A DNA stretch of 64,000 nt. Source: a bacterium (lineage in GTDB: Bacteria > Zhuqueibacterota > Zhuqueibacteria > Oceanimicrobiales > Oceanimicrobiaceae). The DNA lies in contig JBBIIG010000011.1 in NCBI GenBank assembly GCA_037446635.1, forward strand, positions 30,499 to 94,498. The letters are read 5' to 3'. Positions 10,518-19,287 of the stretch are shown here, piece by piece. Numbering within the stretch: the stretch's first letter is position 1; each line of letters begins with the position of its first letter. The notes under the pieces are model-generated. The model had not been told where the DNA came from. It did no database searches and saw only the letters and a program-made list of their open reading frames with translations. The translations under genes were made by a program, and so were the position numbers.

Positions 10518-11435
10518 ATGAATTTGACTTTCTATTTAACAACCGTCTTGATTTGGGGCACCACCTGGATTGCCATTAAATTTCAGCTCGGAGTGGTGGC
10601 GCCGGAGCTTTCCATCGCCTACCGGTTCGGGCTGGCGTCGCTGCTGCTCACGGGCTACTGCCTGCTGCGCAAGTACTCCCTCAAATTCAGTTGGCGGCAG
10701 CATCTGGCGATGGCGCTGCAGGGGCTGCTGCTGTTTTCCGCCAACTATTTTTTGGTGTATCTCGCCAGCCAGTACCTCGCCAGCGGACTGATCGCGGTGG
10801 TGTTTTCCACCATCATTTTGATGAACATCGCCTTCAATGTTTTTCTTTTTAAGAAATCGGTTCAGCAGCGGACTCTGATCGGGGCGCTGCTGGGCCTGGT
10901 TGGCATCGTGCTGGTTTTTTGGCCGGAGATCGTTGGGTTTGATTTGAGCAAATCGGGGTCGCGCGGCTTGCTGCTGGCGATCCTCTCCACCGCCATCTCG
11001 TCCTCGGGCAACATTGCCTCAGCGTATAACCAGAACCGCGGCCTGCCGATTGTGCAGTCCAACGCCATCAGCATGGCCTATGGAACCGGGTTGCTGTTGA
11101 TGTTAGCGCTCGTTCGTGGAACCGCCGTCCGTTTCGATCCGGCGCCGGCGTACGTGCTCTCACTTTTCTACCTGGCATTGTTCGGCTCCGTGATCGCGTT
11201 TGGCGCCTACCTGACGTTGATTGGCCGAATTGGCGCTGATCGCGCGGCGTACGTCGCCATTCTTTTCCCAGTGATCGCGCTGGCCATCTCGACGGTTTAT
11301 GAAAATTATCACTGGCAGGCGCCGGCCATTTTGGGAGTGGCGCTGGTGCTGCTGGGTAACGTTTTTGTGTTGCTGCAGCCGCAGCATCTGCGGCTCATTA
11401 AAAACAGCTTTCGTAATGCTACCCGCCTGAAATAA
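10518..11435 (+). CDS. EamA/DMT family transporter
   Basis: About 10 TM; LIWGTTWIAIK, YLALFGSVIAF; start moved to ATG 10518 because the upstream in-frame part is hydrophilic and overlaps another ORF. Confidence 0.9.
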   Translation: MNLTFYLTTVLIWGTTWIAIKFQLGVVAPELSIAYRFGLASLLLTGYCLLRKYSLKFSWRQHLAMALQGLLLFSANYFLVYLASQYLASGLIAVVFSTIILMNIAFNVFLFKKSVQQRTLIGALLGLVGIVLVFWPEIVGFDLSKSGSRGLLLAILSTAISSSGNIASAYNQNRGLPIVQSNAISMAYGTGLLLMLALVRGTAVRFDPAPAYVLSLFYLALFGSVIAFGAYLTLIGRIGADRAAYVAILFPVIALAISTVYENYHWQAPAILGVALVLLGNVFVLLQPQHLRLIKNSFRNATRLK

Positions 11436-11544
11436 TTCTATTAAACAATAAGGATGAACTTTTTGGTGACGCGAGGCCGGCGCCGCCTCGAGTTGAAAGG
11501 TTCGTTATGCGACTCGTATAACAAACTACAAATTTCCATGCACC

Positions 11545-12579
11545 TCAGAACGCGCCGCCATCCACATCCCGAATGAACCTGACCACTCCATCAAAATAGG
11601 TCTTCTGATCATCATACATCGCCAGATGGCTGCCATTGGGACAGTAGAGGTAGCGGCCGTTCTGCACCGCGCTGGCCATCCATTCCATGTGTTTGGGGTC
11701 CATGGTGTCGTACTGAGCGCCGATGACGAGGGTCGGCACGGCGATCTTTCCCAAATCGGCGGTGCGGTCCCATTTCACTAATTTACCGCTGGCGCCAAGC
11801 TCGCTCGGTCCTTGCATGAGCACATAAATGTTTGGGTTCAAATGTTTGAAAGCGCGATTCACCGGGTCGGGCCACTGCTCGAGCGGCATGCGCAGGATGT
11901 GATGAACGTAGTGATGCTCAAAAAGCAGCTCCATGTAGCGAGGATTCTGGTAATCCGCTTTTTTTTCAATGGCTTTGATCTCGGCCAGCGCGGCTTGATC
12001 CATGTCGGGCATCAGCGCGTTCTCTGCATATTCGTTGTACGCTGGGATGCTGGCCATCATGTTGGAGATGATAAGTCCTTTGAGATGCTGCTGATACTTC
12101 AGCGCGTATTCCATCGCCAGAATGCCGCCCCACGAGTGGCCGAGGAGATAAAAATTTTCCGGCGTCAATCCCAGCGCCTGGCGCACTTGCTCCACTTCCT
12201 CCACGAAGCGCGGCAAGTCCCACAGCTCCGAATCGTCGGGTTGGTCGCTGTAATAGGAACCGAGCTGATCGTAATAGTAATACTCGATGCCCGCCGCCGG
12301 CAAGTAGCTGTCGCACGCCTCGAAGTACTCGTGGGTTGCGGCCGGGCCGCCGTGCAGCAGCAGAACCTTGATGCGCGGATGGTTTCCGACGCGCTTCGTC
12401 CAAACCTTGAACGTTCCCTTTGGCGTGTTGATGGGGATCAGCTTCACGCCGCCGCTCAGCACGTCGTCGCGGCCGCTGTTGTCGAAATAGGGTGCGGGAG
12501 TGGTTTGGTCAGAGGGGGGATTTTTAGTGCAGGCGTACCAAACCAAAGCACTGAGTACGAGCAAGAGGATTCGTTTCAT
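11545..12579 (-). CDS. Proline iminopeptidase-family alpha/beta hydrolase (probable lipoprotein)
   Basis: LLHGGP, YDQLG, GHSWGG nucleophile, GSHL; start at ATG 12579 after GAGGAGG; signal peptide ending WYAC. Confidence 0.9.
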   Translation of the reverse strand: MKRILLLVLSALVWYACTKNPPSDQTTPAPYFDNSGRDDVLSGGVKLIPINTPKGTFKVWTKRVGNHPRIKVLLLHGGPAATHEYFEACDSYLPAAGIEYYYYDQLGSYYSDQPDDSELWDLPRFVEEVEQVRQALGLTPENFYLLGHSWGGILAMEYALKYQQHLKGLIISNMMASIPAYNEYAENALMPDMDQAALAEIKAIEKKADYQNPRYMELLFEHHYVHHILRMPLEQWPDPVNRAFKHLNPNIYVLMQGPSELGASGKLVKWDRTADLGKIAVPTLVIGAQYDTMDPKHMEWMASAVQNGRYLYCPNGSHLAMYDDQKTYFDGVVRFIRDVDGGAF

Positions 12580-12787
12580 TAGTGAACCTCCTCGATCTTG
12601 TTTTTTTTTGAGATGATCACCAGTTCCTGGAGAGACAACCAGAGGTTTTATACAAAAACCAGAAATGAATGTCAACAGAAATTTAGAGCAAATTATTAGA
12701 ACCGTGGCGGTGGTAACCATCAAAATTATTTCTTGAATCTCTACTTTTTATTGAATAGATTGCATTAAAATCGTCGCGGAGGTAGCC

Positions 12788-13359
12788 ATGTCTATCAATC
12801 AGAGGTCTTCTATCTCACCACAAGCTGTAATTGAACTGATTAGCCAGATGACCACTTATGAGAAAGAGGAACTTTCCAAACTTCTCGACTTGAAATCAAT
12901 GGAAAAACCGATCAACCCGAAAATGGTTGCCGTCGCGGCAATCCCAAATTTTATTTAGGCACGACCCCCAAAGGCTTGAACCTTGAAATTCCCGTCGAAA
13001 AGTTTGCGGCGGTTTTTCTGCTTTTTCTAGAAGAGATATCTCCCAAAAAAATTGAAATCTCCTCAAGTTACCGAGGTGAGTTTAAGGAAGAGCAGTTCGC
13101 TTTGGTGGCATTTCAAAATCTCATGAAATCTGAGCCGGAATATTTTCGTGATCGTAACGCCTTGATCGAGATGGACGAAAATGAAATCGTTTCCAGCGGT
13201 GGTGAATGTTTGTCGATTATTTTAAGCCCAGCTATGATGCGTAAACGCAATGAATTGGCGTCCAAGATTGCAGCTGCCTGCGGATATACCCATCAATTCA
13301 AACGAGGGCAATTTTATGCAATCGTTTGGGAAGATGAAATGGAGATTAGAGAAAAATGA
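12788..13359 (+). pseudogene. Hypothetical protein, probably frameshifted near 12890
   Basis: GGAGG RBS plus ATG at 12788 opens a 56-aa ORF; the frame of the 12976-13359 ORF is open from 12862 and has only a weak TTG start. Confidence 0.45.
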
Positions 13360-13580
13360 AGAAAATCGTGAAGAGCACAATCAGCTTTTACAGGTTGCTC
13401 ATTGAACATAGCCTAAAGCCCTATGAACCCTCTCCACAGCACTTGCTAAAAAGAATGTTGCTGCCGCTTTGCGAACAGTTCAATATTCTTGTCAAGCATA
13501 GTACTAAGAACGACGCCTGGAACATCATTCAAGGATTTTCCACCGAATGCCAGACCTTAAAACAAGAATCAAAAATCTGA
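13356..13580 (+). CDS. Small hypothetical protein in an AT-rich islet
   Basis: ATGA overlap with the upstream stop; no recognised motif. Confidence 0.5.
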   Translation: MKKIVKSTISFYRLLIEHSLKPYEPSPQHLLKRMLLPLCEQFNILVKHSTKNDAWNIIQGFSTECQTLKQESKI

Positions 13581-13765
13581 ATTGGCAACGAACTGCGTTG
13601 AGTCTTTCCCCATCCTGATGCACCGCTGCAATTTTTCTTGATTTTTTTATCCCGATCGGTTATTTTGCCCACCGATATTTAGTCCCGACGCTTCGGGTGA
13701 AGCGCCTCTTATCAGAAAATGGTAAGCGGCGTTTTGTATGATCAGCCGATTCGTTTTGGAAAATA

Positions 13766-15307
13766 ATGACAACTCAAAAACCTTATGATACTATCATCAT
13801 CGGCAGCGGCTTCGGCGGCGCCATGACGGCGCACGTGCTGGTGAACGCCGGTTGGCGCGTGCTCATGCTCGAACGCGGGGACTGGGTGCCGCGCGGTCCG
13901 CATAACTGGGCCGCCGACGCCTCCGTGGATTTGACGCCCTACTACTCCACCGAAACGCCATATCGCGTGTTGGCCGGCGGCAATCGCAAAATTATGGGCG
14001 GGTACCACTGCGTCGGCGGGCCATCGGTGTTTTACGGCGCGGTGTCGATGCGGCTGCGGGAGGCGGACTTCGTGCCCGCGCCGGAGATCGTCGGTGATTC
14101 TGGCGCGGAGTGGCCGTTTCGCTACGCCGACCTCGAACCCTATTACTCCCGCGCCGAAAGCATCCTCAATATTGCCGGCGAGGCCGGACAGGATCCAACG
14201 GAGCCGCGGCGGTCGTCGGCTTATCCACAAGCGCTCAACCATCTTTCCCAAACCTCACAAAAAATTCAAACGGCGGCGCTGCGGCTCGGCTACCGCCCCT
14301 TTCGACTGCCGCTGGCGATTAATTATTCGAATCAGGATACCCAGCAACTTTGTATCGCATGCAACACCTGCGATACCTTTGCCTGCGCCATCAACGCGAA
14401 AAATGACATCGCCACACGCGTGCTTCCTGAGCTGATCAAGAAAGGATTGGAATTAAAACCCAATGCCGTGGCGCTCAAACTGGTGCCGGTGAAAGGCCGC
14501 ATCCTCGGCGTGGAGTATTTCGACAAAACCACCGGCGAAATTGTGCGCGAGGAAGCCAATACTTTCATTCTATCCGCGGGCGCGTTGGCCTCGCCACATT
14601 TGTTGTTAGCTTCGGGGCTGGAGAAATTCAATCCCGGCGGCGAGGTCATCGGCCGCTATTTGACGCGCCACTGCAACGCCATCGCCTTCGGATTTTTCCC
14701 CAAAAAACATCCGGTCGAATTTCAAAAACAGCTTGGTCTTCACGATTTTTATTTCGGGCATCCCAGCATCAAAAAACCCGCGGGCAAATTGGGCAGCATG
14801 CAGCAGTTGCAGACCCCGCCGATTGGATTGGTGCACGAAATCGTGCCGCGGCCGTTCGGAAGAATTTTAGGACTCGGCGTGCCGCACTTGACCGGCCTAC
14901 TGGTGATGGCTGAGGATCAGCCGCGCTACGATAATCGCGTGGCAATCGATTGGACGCACCGCGATCGCTTCGGGCTGCCGCAGCTGCTCATCAGCCATCG
15001 TTACACTCGCCGCGACCGCGCCGCCCGCGACGCGCTCTTAGCCAAGGCGAAAGAAATTTTGAAAGCCGCGGGCGCGTGGTTTTGCTATGTGCATCATATC
15101 AAAACCTTTTCGCACGCGGTGGGCACCGTGCGCATGGGCCGCGATCCCCAAACCTCGGCCCTCGACGCCAATTGCCAATTCCGTGGCCTCGATAATCTGT
15201 TTGTGGTTGACGGCAGCTTCATGCCAACTTCGGGAGGACTCAACCCGAGCCTCACGATCTCGGCGAATGCATTACGAGTAGGAGAGTTTATTCGGAAAAC
15301 GATATAG
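13766..15307 (+). CDS. GMC family FAD oxidoreductase
   Basis: IIGSGFGG Rossmann motif, VGGPSVFYGA, Cys cluster CIACNTCDTFAC, HAVGTVRMG, NPSLTISANALR. Confidence 0.92.
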   Translation: MTTQKPYDTIIIGSGFGGAMTAHVLVNAGWRVLMLERGDWVPRGPHNWAADASVDLTPYYSTETPYRVLAGGNRKIMGGYHCVGGPSVFYGAVSMRLREADFVPAPEIVGDSGAEWPFRYADLEPYYSRAESILNIAGEAGQDPTEPRRSSAYPQALNHLSQTSQKIQTAALRLGYRPFRLPLAINYSNQDTQQLCIACNTCDTFACAINAKNDIATRVLPELIKKGLELKPNAVALKLVPVKGRILGVEYFDKTTGEIVREEANTFILSAGALASPHLLLASGLEKFNPGGEVIGRYLTRHCNAIAFGFFPKKHPVEFQKQLGLHDFYFGHPSIKKPAGKLGSMQQLQTPPIGLVHEIVPRPFGRILGLGVPHLTGLLVMAEDQPRYDNRVAIDWTHRDRFGLPQLLISHRYTRRDRAARDALLAKAKEILKAAGAWFCYVHHIKTFSHAVGTVRMGRDPQTSALDANCQFRGLDNLFVVDGSFMPTSGGLNPSLTISANALRVGEFIRKTI

Positions 15308-15316
15308 GGCAATGAA

Positions 15317-15557
15317 CTTACTTTGGACTGCGCGAGCCGCGCTCGCGCCTTACTTTGGACTGCGTGAGCCCTGCTCGCGCCTTACTTTGGACCTTACTTT
15401 GGACTGCGCGAGCCGCGCTCGCGCCTTACTTTGGACTGCGCGAGCCGCGCTCGCGCCTTTACTTTGGACTGCGTGAGCCCTGCTCGCGCCTTACTTTGGA
15501 CTGCGCGAGCCCTGCTCGCACCTTTACTTTGGACTAGGTGAGCCCTGCTCGCGCCTT
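15317..15557. repeat. Tandem array of a 32-33 bp palindromic REP-like unit (7 full copies plus one 12-bp partial)
   Basis: Unit CTTACTTTGGACTGCGyGAGCCsyGCTCGCGC repeated head-to-tail with no unique spacers. Confidence 0.95.
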
Positions 15558-15631
15558 AACGCCCACAGCTAATTGAAGATTGGAATTTATTTGAAATTTT
15601 TCTTTGAAGTTTGTGATTTGACAAAAATACC

Positions 15632-16591
15632 ATGCCGCTGAATCAACCCTTGAACCTCGCCTTCCTCGGCTGCGGCTTCGCCACCCGGCTGCACAGCAAA
15701 ACTCTGTCGAAGTTTGGAACTGAAGTGCGCCGTTTTTACGCCAGCCGCAACGCCGCGAAGGCAGCGGAATACAATCGCAAATTGGGCGGTAGCGGAACGT
15801 TCGCTTCCTACGAAGCCGCCATGCAAGCAAACGAAATTGACATCGTGCTGGTGGCCACGCCGCCGGCGCAGCATCTCGAGCAGACGCTTTCGGCGTTGAA
15901 AGCCGGCAAACACGTCATCGTCGAGAAACCGCCGTTTCTGCGCGCCAGCGATTTTGAGGTCGTTCGCAATGCTGCAAAAGCAGCCAGGAAAAAAATTTTC
16001 ATCGCGGAAAACTATTTTTACAAACCGCTGGCGATGAAGCTGCGTGCGCTGATAAAATCCGGCGTGATTGCTGAGCCGCTGTTCATTCACGTGAATGCCT
16101 TGAAAGAACAGCGCATCAAAGACTGGCGCGGCGATCTCAGTTTATCGGGCGGCGGCGCGCTGTTCGAGGGCGGCATCCACTGGATCAATTTCATCGCCAA
16201 TTTGGGTTGGGAGATCAAATCCGTGAGTGGCCTCCGACCCGGTCCGAAAACGGAATTCGAGAAAAGCATTTTGGTCAGCATTGAGTATGAAGACGGACCA
16301 GTGGGAGCGTTGTATTATTCTTGGGAAACGCCGTCGCTGTTCAAAGGCTTGCGGCTGTCGAAAATCTACGGGCGCGCCGGCAGCATTACGTTTGAGTCCA
16401 ACGGCGTTTTCGTTTTTGTGAGAGGGAAGAAAAAGCAATTGATGTTTCCGGGCTTTAGTGACATCGCTGGATACAAAGGTATGTTCGCCGATTTTATAAA
16501 GTCGATACGCGAAAACGTTGAGCCGCAATTCACACTCGATTTGGCAGAACGAGATTTGAAATTGATTGAAATGATTTATGCAAGTATGTAG
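15632..16591 (+). CDS. Gfo/Idh/MocA family oxidoreductase
   Basis: AFLGCGF, VATPPAQH, GKHVIVEKP, GGGALFEGGIH. Confidence 0.92.
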   Translation: MPLNQPLNLAFLGCGFATRLHSKTLSKFGTEVRRFYASRNAAKAAEYNRKLGGSGTFASYEAAMQANEIDIVLVATPPAQHLEQTLSALKAGKHVIVEKPPFLRASDFEVVRNAAKAARKKIFIAENYFYKPLAMKLRALIKSGVIAEPLFIHVNALKEQRIKDWRGDLSLSGGGALFEGGIHWINFIANLGWEIKSVSGLRPGPKTEFEKSILVSIEYEDGPVGALYYSWETPSLFKGLRLSKIYGRAGSITFESNGVFVFVRGKKKQLMFPGFSDIAGYKGMFADFIKSIRENVEPQFTLDLAERDLKLIEMIYASM

Positions 16592-16649
16592 TAGCGCCTC
16601 CAGGAACGACGTGTTCAATAAATATTAGAGTGCCTGCAGGCACTACTAC
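16588..16649. repeat. Inverted pair of GTAGTAG REP-like elements
   Basis: GTAGTAGCGCCTCCAGG...GTGCCTGCAGGCACTACTAC; includes the TAG stop of the oxidoreductase. Confidence 0.6.
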
Positions 16650-16658
16650 CAACAAATA

Positions 16659-17498
16659 ATGGAGGGATTTCAACTGATGGAATTACTGATTGCACTGATG
16701 GTCGGCCTCGTTGCCGGACTCCACACCTCAACCTGGGGCATGTACAAAGACGCGCCCTACGAAGGCTTCACCTGGCCGAAATATTTTCGCAGCACCCTCA
16801 TCAGCGGCATGGTGGCGGTGGCGGTGACGCTGGTGACGAAACTCGACACCACCAACATCGCAAACCTGGTTGTGCTGTATGGGTTCACGTATGTCATCGA
16901 GCGCGCCATGGTGGAATTTTATAAAACCTTCCTGCGCGTGGAAGACCAATCGAAATATTTCATCCCGATGCAGTTCAGCGTGCAGGGCAATGTGGTGAAA
17001 AGCCGCGCCGTGCAGTTGTCCGCCGGCGCCCTCTACATGACCGGCGTGCTGCTGGGAGTTTATGGCATTTACTATTTGCAGAAGATCGATTTCCAGCCCA
17101 CGGGCGTGGGCACGGTACTCATCATTGGCAGCATTGGCGGCTGGATTTCCGCCTTCGGCGGCGCCTGGAAAGACGCGCCCAAAGAGGGCTTCCAGATTTT
17201 GAAATTTTTCCGCAGCCCGATCATTTCACTGATTTACGCGTTTATGCTGGCCAACTTCACCGATAATTACTTGTTCATCGCCATGGGCGCGCTGGGATAC
17301 ACCGTCGGCACCATCGAGACTTACAAAACCTTTTTCTTCCCCAGCAAGCCGCGCGGCAAATTCGCCGGCAAAGAGATCAAATTTCCGGAGATGCTGCAGC
17401 GGCGGCAATATTTTGTGCCGTTGTACGTTGCCATCTGGGCGGCGGTGCTCACAGGCATGGTCGTTGCTTTCATGCAACCGCACCAGGGTTTGATTTAA
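16659..17498 (+). CDS. Uncharacterised integral membrane protein with internal duplication
   Basis: Multiple TM; repeated motifs GMYKDAPYEGF..PKYFRS / GAWKDAPKEGF..LKFFRS and EFYKTF / ETYKTF. Confidence 0.8.
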   Translation: MEGFQLMELLIALMVGLVAGLHTSTWGMYKDAPYEGFTWPKYFRSTLISGMVAVAVTLVTKLDTTNIANLVVLYGFTYVIERAMVEFYKTFLRVEDQSKYFIPMQFSVQGNVVKSRAVQLSAGALYMTGVLLGVYGIYYLQKIDFQPTGVGTVLIIGSIGGWISAFGGAWKDAPKEGFQILKFFRSPIISLIYAFMLANFTDNYLFIAMGALGYTVGTIETYKTFFFPSKPRGKFAGKEIKFPEMLQRRQYFVPLYVAIWAAVLTGMVVAFMQPHQGLI

Positions 17499-17524
17499 AC
17501 AATTCCAGCGCCTCCCAATTTAAT

Positions 17525-17594
17525 TTAGGAATCCTAATAAAAAAATCTTGACATTCAGTTTAGGGTTTTTATATTAACTGCTTAGGATTCCTAA
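17525..17594 (+). promoter_or_regulatory. Sigma70 promoter flanked by two TTAGGAwTCCTAA palindromic operators
   Basis: Palindromes at 17525-17537 and 17582-17594; TTGACA at 17548; TATATT near 17570. Confidence 0.75.
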
Positions 17595-17631
17595 TTAAAT
17601 ATTAACCATCAAAGTTTGGGAGGTGCGAACT

Positions 17632-18126
17632 ATGCTAAAACTCAATCACTCTGGCGTTTCAGCCGCTGCAATCGTTGCAATGTTTGCGCTTGCCTGGATG
17701 CCGTGGGCGGATCACCATCAGGTGGACTACCCCGAAGGTTACCGCTCGTGGCCGCACGTCAAATCCATGGTCTTGCAGGAAGGCCATCCGCTTTATGAAT
17801 CGTTCGGCGGCATTCATCATGTTTACGCCAACGAGAAAGCACTAGCCGCGATGAAGGCGGGCAAGGCCTATCCGGACGGCGCCGTGCTGGTTTTCGATCT
17901 TTTGGAAGCAAAGGCGGAAAACAACGCCGTTGTCGAAGGCGCGCGCAAAGTGGTGGGCGTGATGCAAAAGGATTCCAAAAAGTTTGCTGCCACCGGCGGC
18001 TGGGGCTACGAGGGCTTCAAAGGCGACACCCAGGAGCGCCTGGTGACGGACATGCAGACCGCCTGCCATTCCTGCCATGCCGCGCAAAAGGATCAGGACT
18101 ACGTGTTCAGCACGTACCGCCAATGA
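17632..18126 (+). CDS. Cytochrome P460-fold protein, probably cytochrome c'-beta
   Basis: Signal peptide, YPEGYRSW, HHVYAN, YPDGAVLVFD, GGWGY, C-terminal CHSCH; GGAGG RBS. Confidence 0.85.
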   Translation: MLKLNHSGVSAAAIVAMFALAWMPWADHHQVDYPEGYRSWPHVKSMVLQEGHPLYESFGGIHHVYANEKALAAMKAGKAYPDGAVLVFDLLEAKAENNAVVEGARKVVGVMQKDSKKFAATGGWGYEGFKGDTQERLVTDMQTACHSCHAAQKDQDYVFSTYRQ

Positions 18127-18512
18127 AGCGGCTGATCTGGCTTGCGGGCGGCGCGGTGGTCTTTTTGGCTTTCGTGATTTTCTGCAAAGATTTTAATCGC
18201 GCCGCCGGTACAGCGGCGTTGAATCCAAACGACCTCGCCGCCGGTGCCAGCCTCTATGGCAGTTGGGGCTGCGCCACCTGCCACGGCGAAAGCGGCCGCG
18301 GCACGGCTAAAGGACCAGCGCTGGTGGAATTGTCGCGCAACTGGGAAATACAAATGCTCGCGGCGTATCTGCAAAATCCGCAGGCAGTACGCGCGCGTGA
18401 TAAGCGGCTGCAGATGTTGTCGCAACGGTATTTCCCGCTGTCCATGCCAGCGGTGGAATTGCCGGCCGCCGATCGCAAAAAGCTGGCGGCCTATTTGCTT
18501 TCGCTAGAGTGA
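18123..18512 (+). CDS. Monoheme cytochrome c
   Basis: N-terminal TM, CATCHG, GPAL, distal Met in SMPA. Confidence 0.85.
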   Translation: MKRLIWLAGGAVVFLAFVIFCKDFNRAAGTAALNPNDLAAGASLYGSWGCATCHGESGRGTAKGPALVELSRNWEIQMLAAYLQNPQAVRARDKRLQMLSQRYFPLSMPAVELPAADRKKLAAYLLSLE

Positions 18513-18519
18513 CTCACTG

Positions 18520-18552
18520 AACCTTGCGAAGATTCACAACCTTCGCAAGGTT
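18520..18552. repeat. REP-like palindrome or terminator
   Basis: AACCTTGCGAAG-N9-CTTCGCAAGGTT followed by a T-run. Confidence 0.6.
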
Positions 18553-18579
18553 TTTAAAAAGATTAAAAAGAACAAGTCC

Positions 18580-19194
18580 ATGAAATCCATTTTCAACCTC
18601 GATCATCAGCACGAAGACCTCGACAGTAAAATTGCCGCCGCCCTCGAACGGCTATCGCAAGCGTTCCGGGTTTTGCTGTGGGAGAAAACCAAAAACTACA
18701 ACCTCAGCCCCATTCAAATTCAGATGCTGGTTTTTCTTTTGTATCACCAAAACATTGCCACGGTGGGGCAACTGGCGCGGGAGTTCAGCCTTACCCCGGC
18801 GACGGTAAGCGATGCCATCAGCTCACTGGAACAAAAAAATCTCGCGGCGCGCCAGCAAAGCGAAAACGACCGCCGCAGCATTGCCGTGACCCTCACCAGC
18901 GAGGGCAAAAAGATGGCGCGCAAGCTTTCCACCTGGGCCAACGTCGTTCACGAAAACATCGCGGCGTTTGACGCGCGCGACAAGTTGGTGGTGATGAATT
19001 TTCTCATGCGCCTCATCGAAAGCTTGCAGCAAGCCGGCGTCATCACCGTGGCGAGAATGTGCATCACCTGCAAATTCTTCCAACCCAATGCGCATCTCAA
19101 AACTGATGCGCCCCACCATTGCCTGTTGTTAGACAAACCGCTCGCCCACCACGCCCTTCGCCTCGACTGCCCCGAGCACGAAAGCAAAAATTAA
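18580..19194 (+). CDS. MarR family regulator with C-terminal Cys/His cluster
   Basis: LSPIQIQ..LAREFSLTPATVSDAI..L..K, DRRS wing; MCITC...HHC...DCPEH tail. Confidence 0.88.
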   Translation: MKSIFNLDHQHEDLDSKIAAALERLSQAFRVLLWEKTKNYNLSPIQIQMLVFLLYHQNIATVGQLAREFSLTPATVSDAISSLEQKNLAARQQSENDRRSIAVTLTSEGKKMARKLSTWANVVHENIAAFDARDKLVVMNFLMRLIESLQQAGVITVARMCITCKFFQPNAHLKTDAPHHCLLLDKPLAHHALRLDCPEHESKN

Positions 19195-19287
19195 TTGTTG
19201 ACATCCTGCGCCCACTTTGATATAATCACAACCATAATCCACACCGATCAAAAACTTCCGTTTCATCCACCCAATTGGGAAGGTCGA

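Noticed and set aside
15317..15557. CRISPR array
   Set aside because: Units are contiguous with no unique spacers, and there are no cas genes in the window
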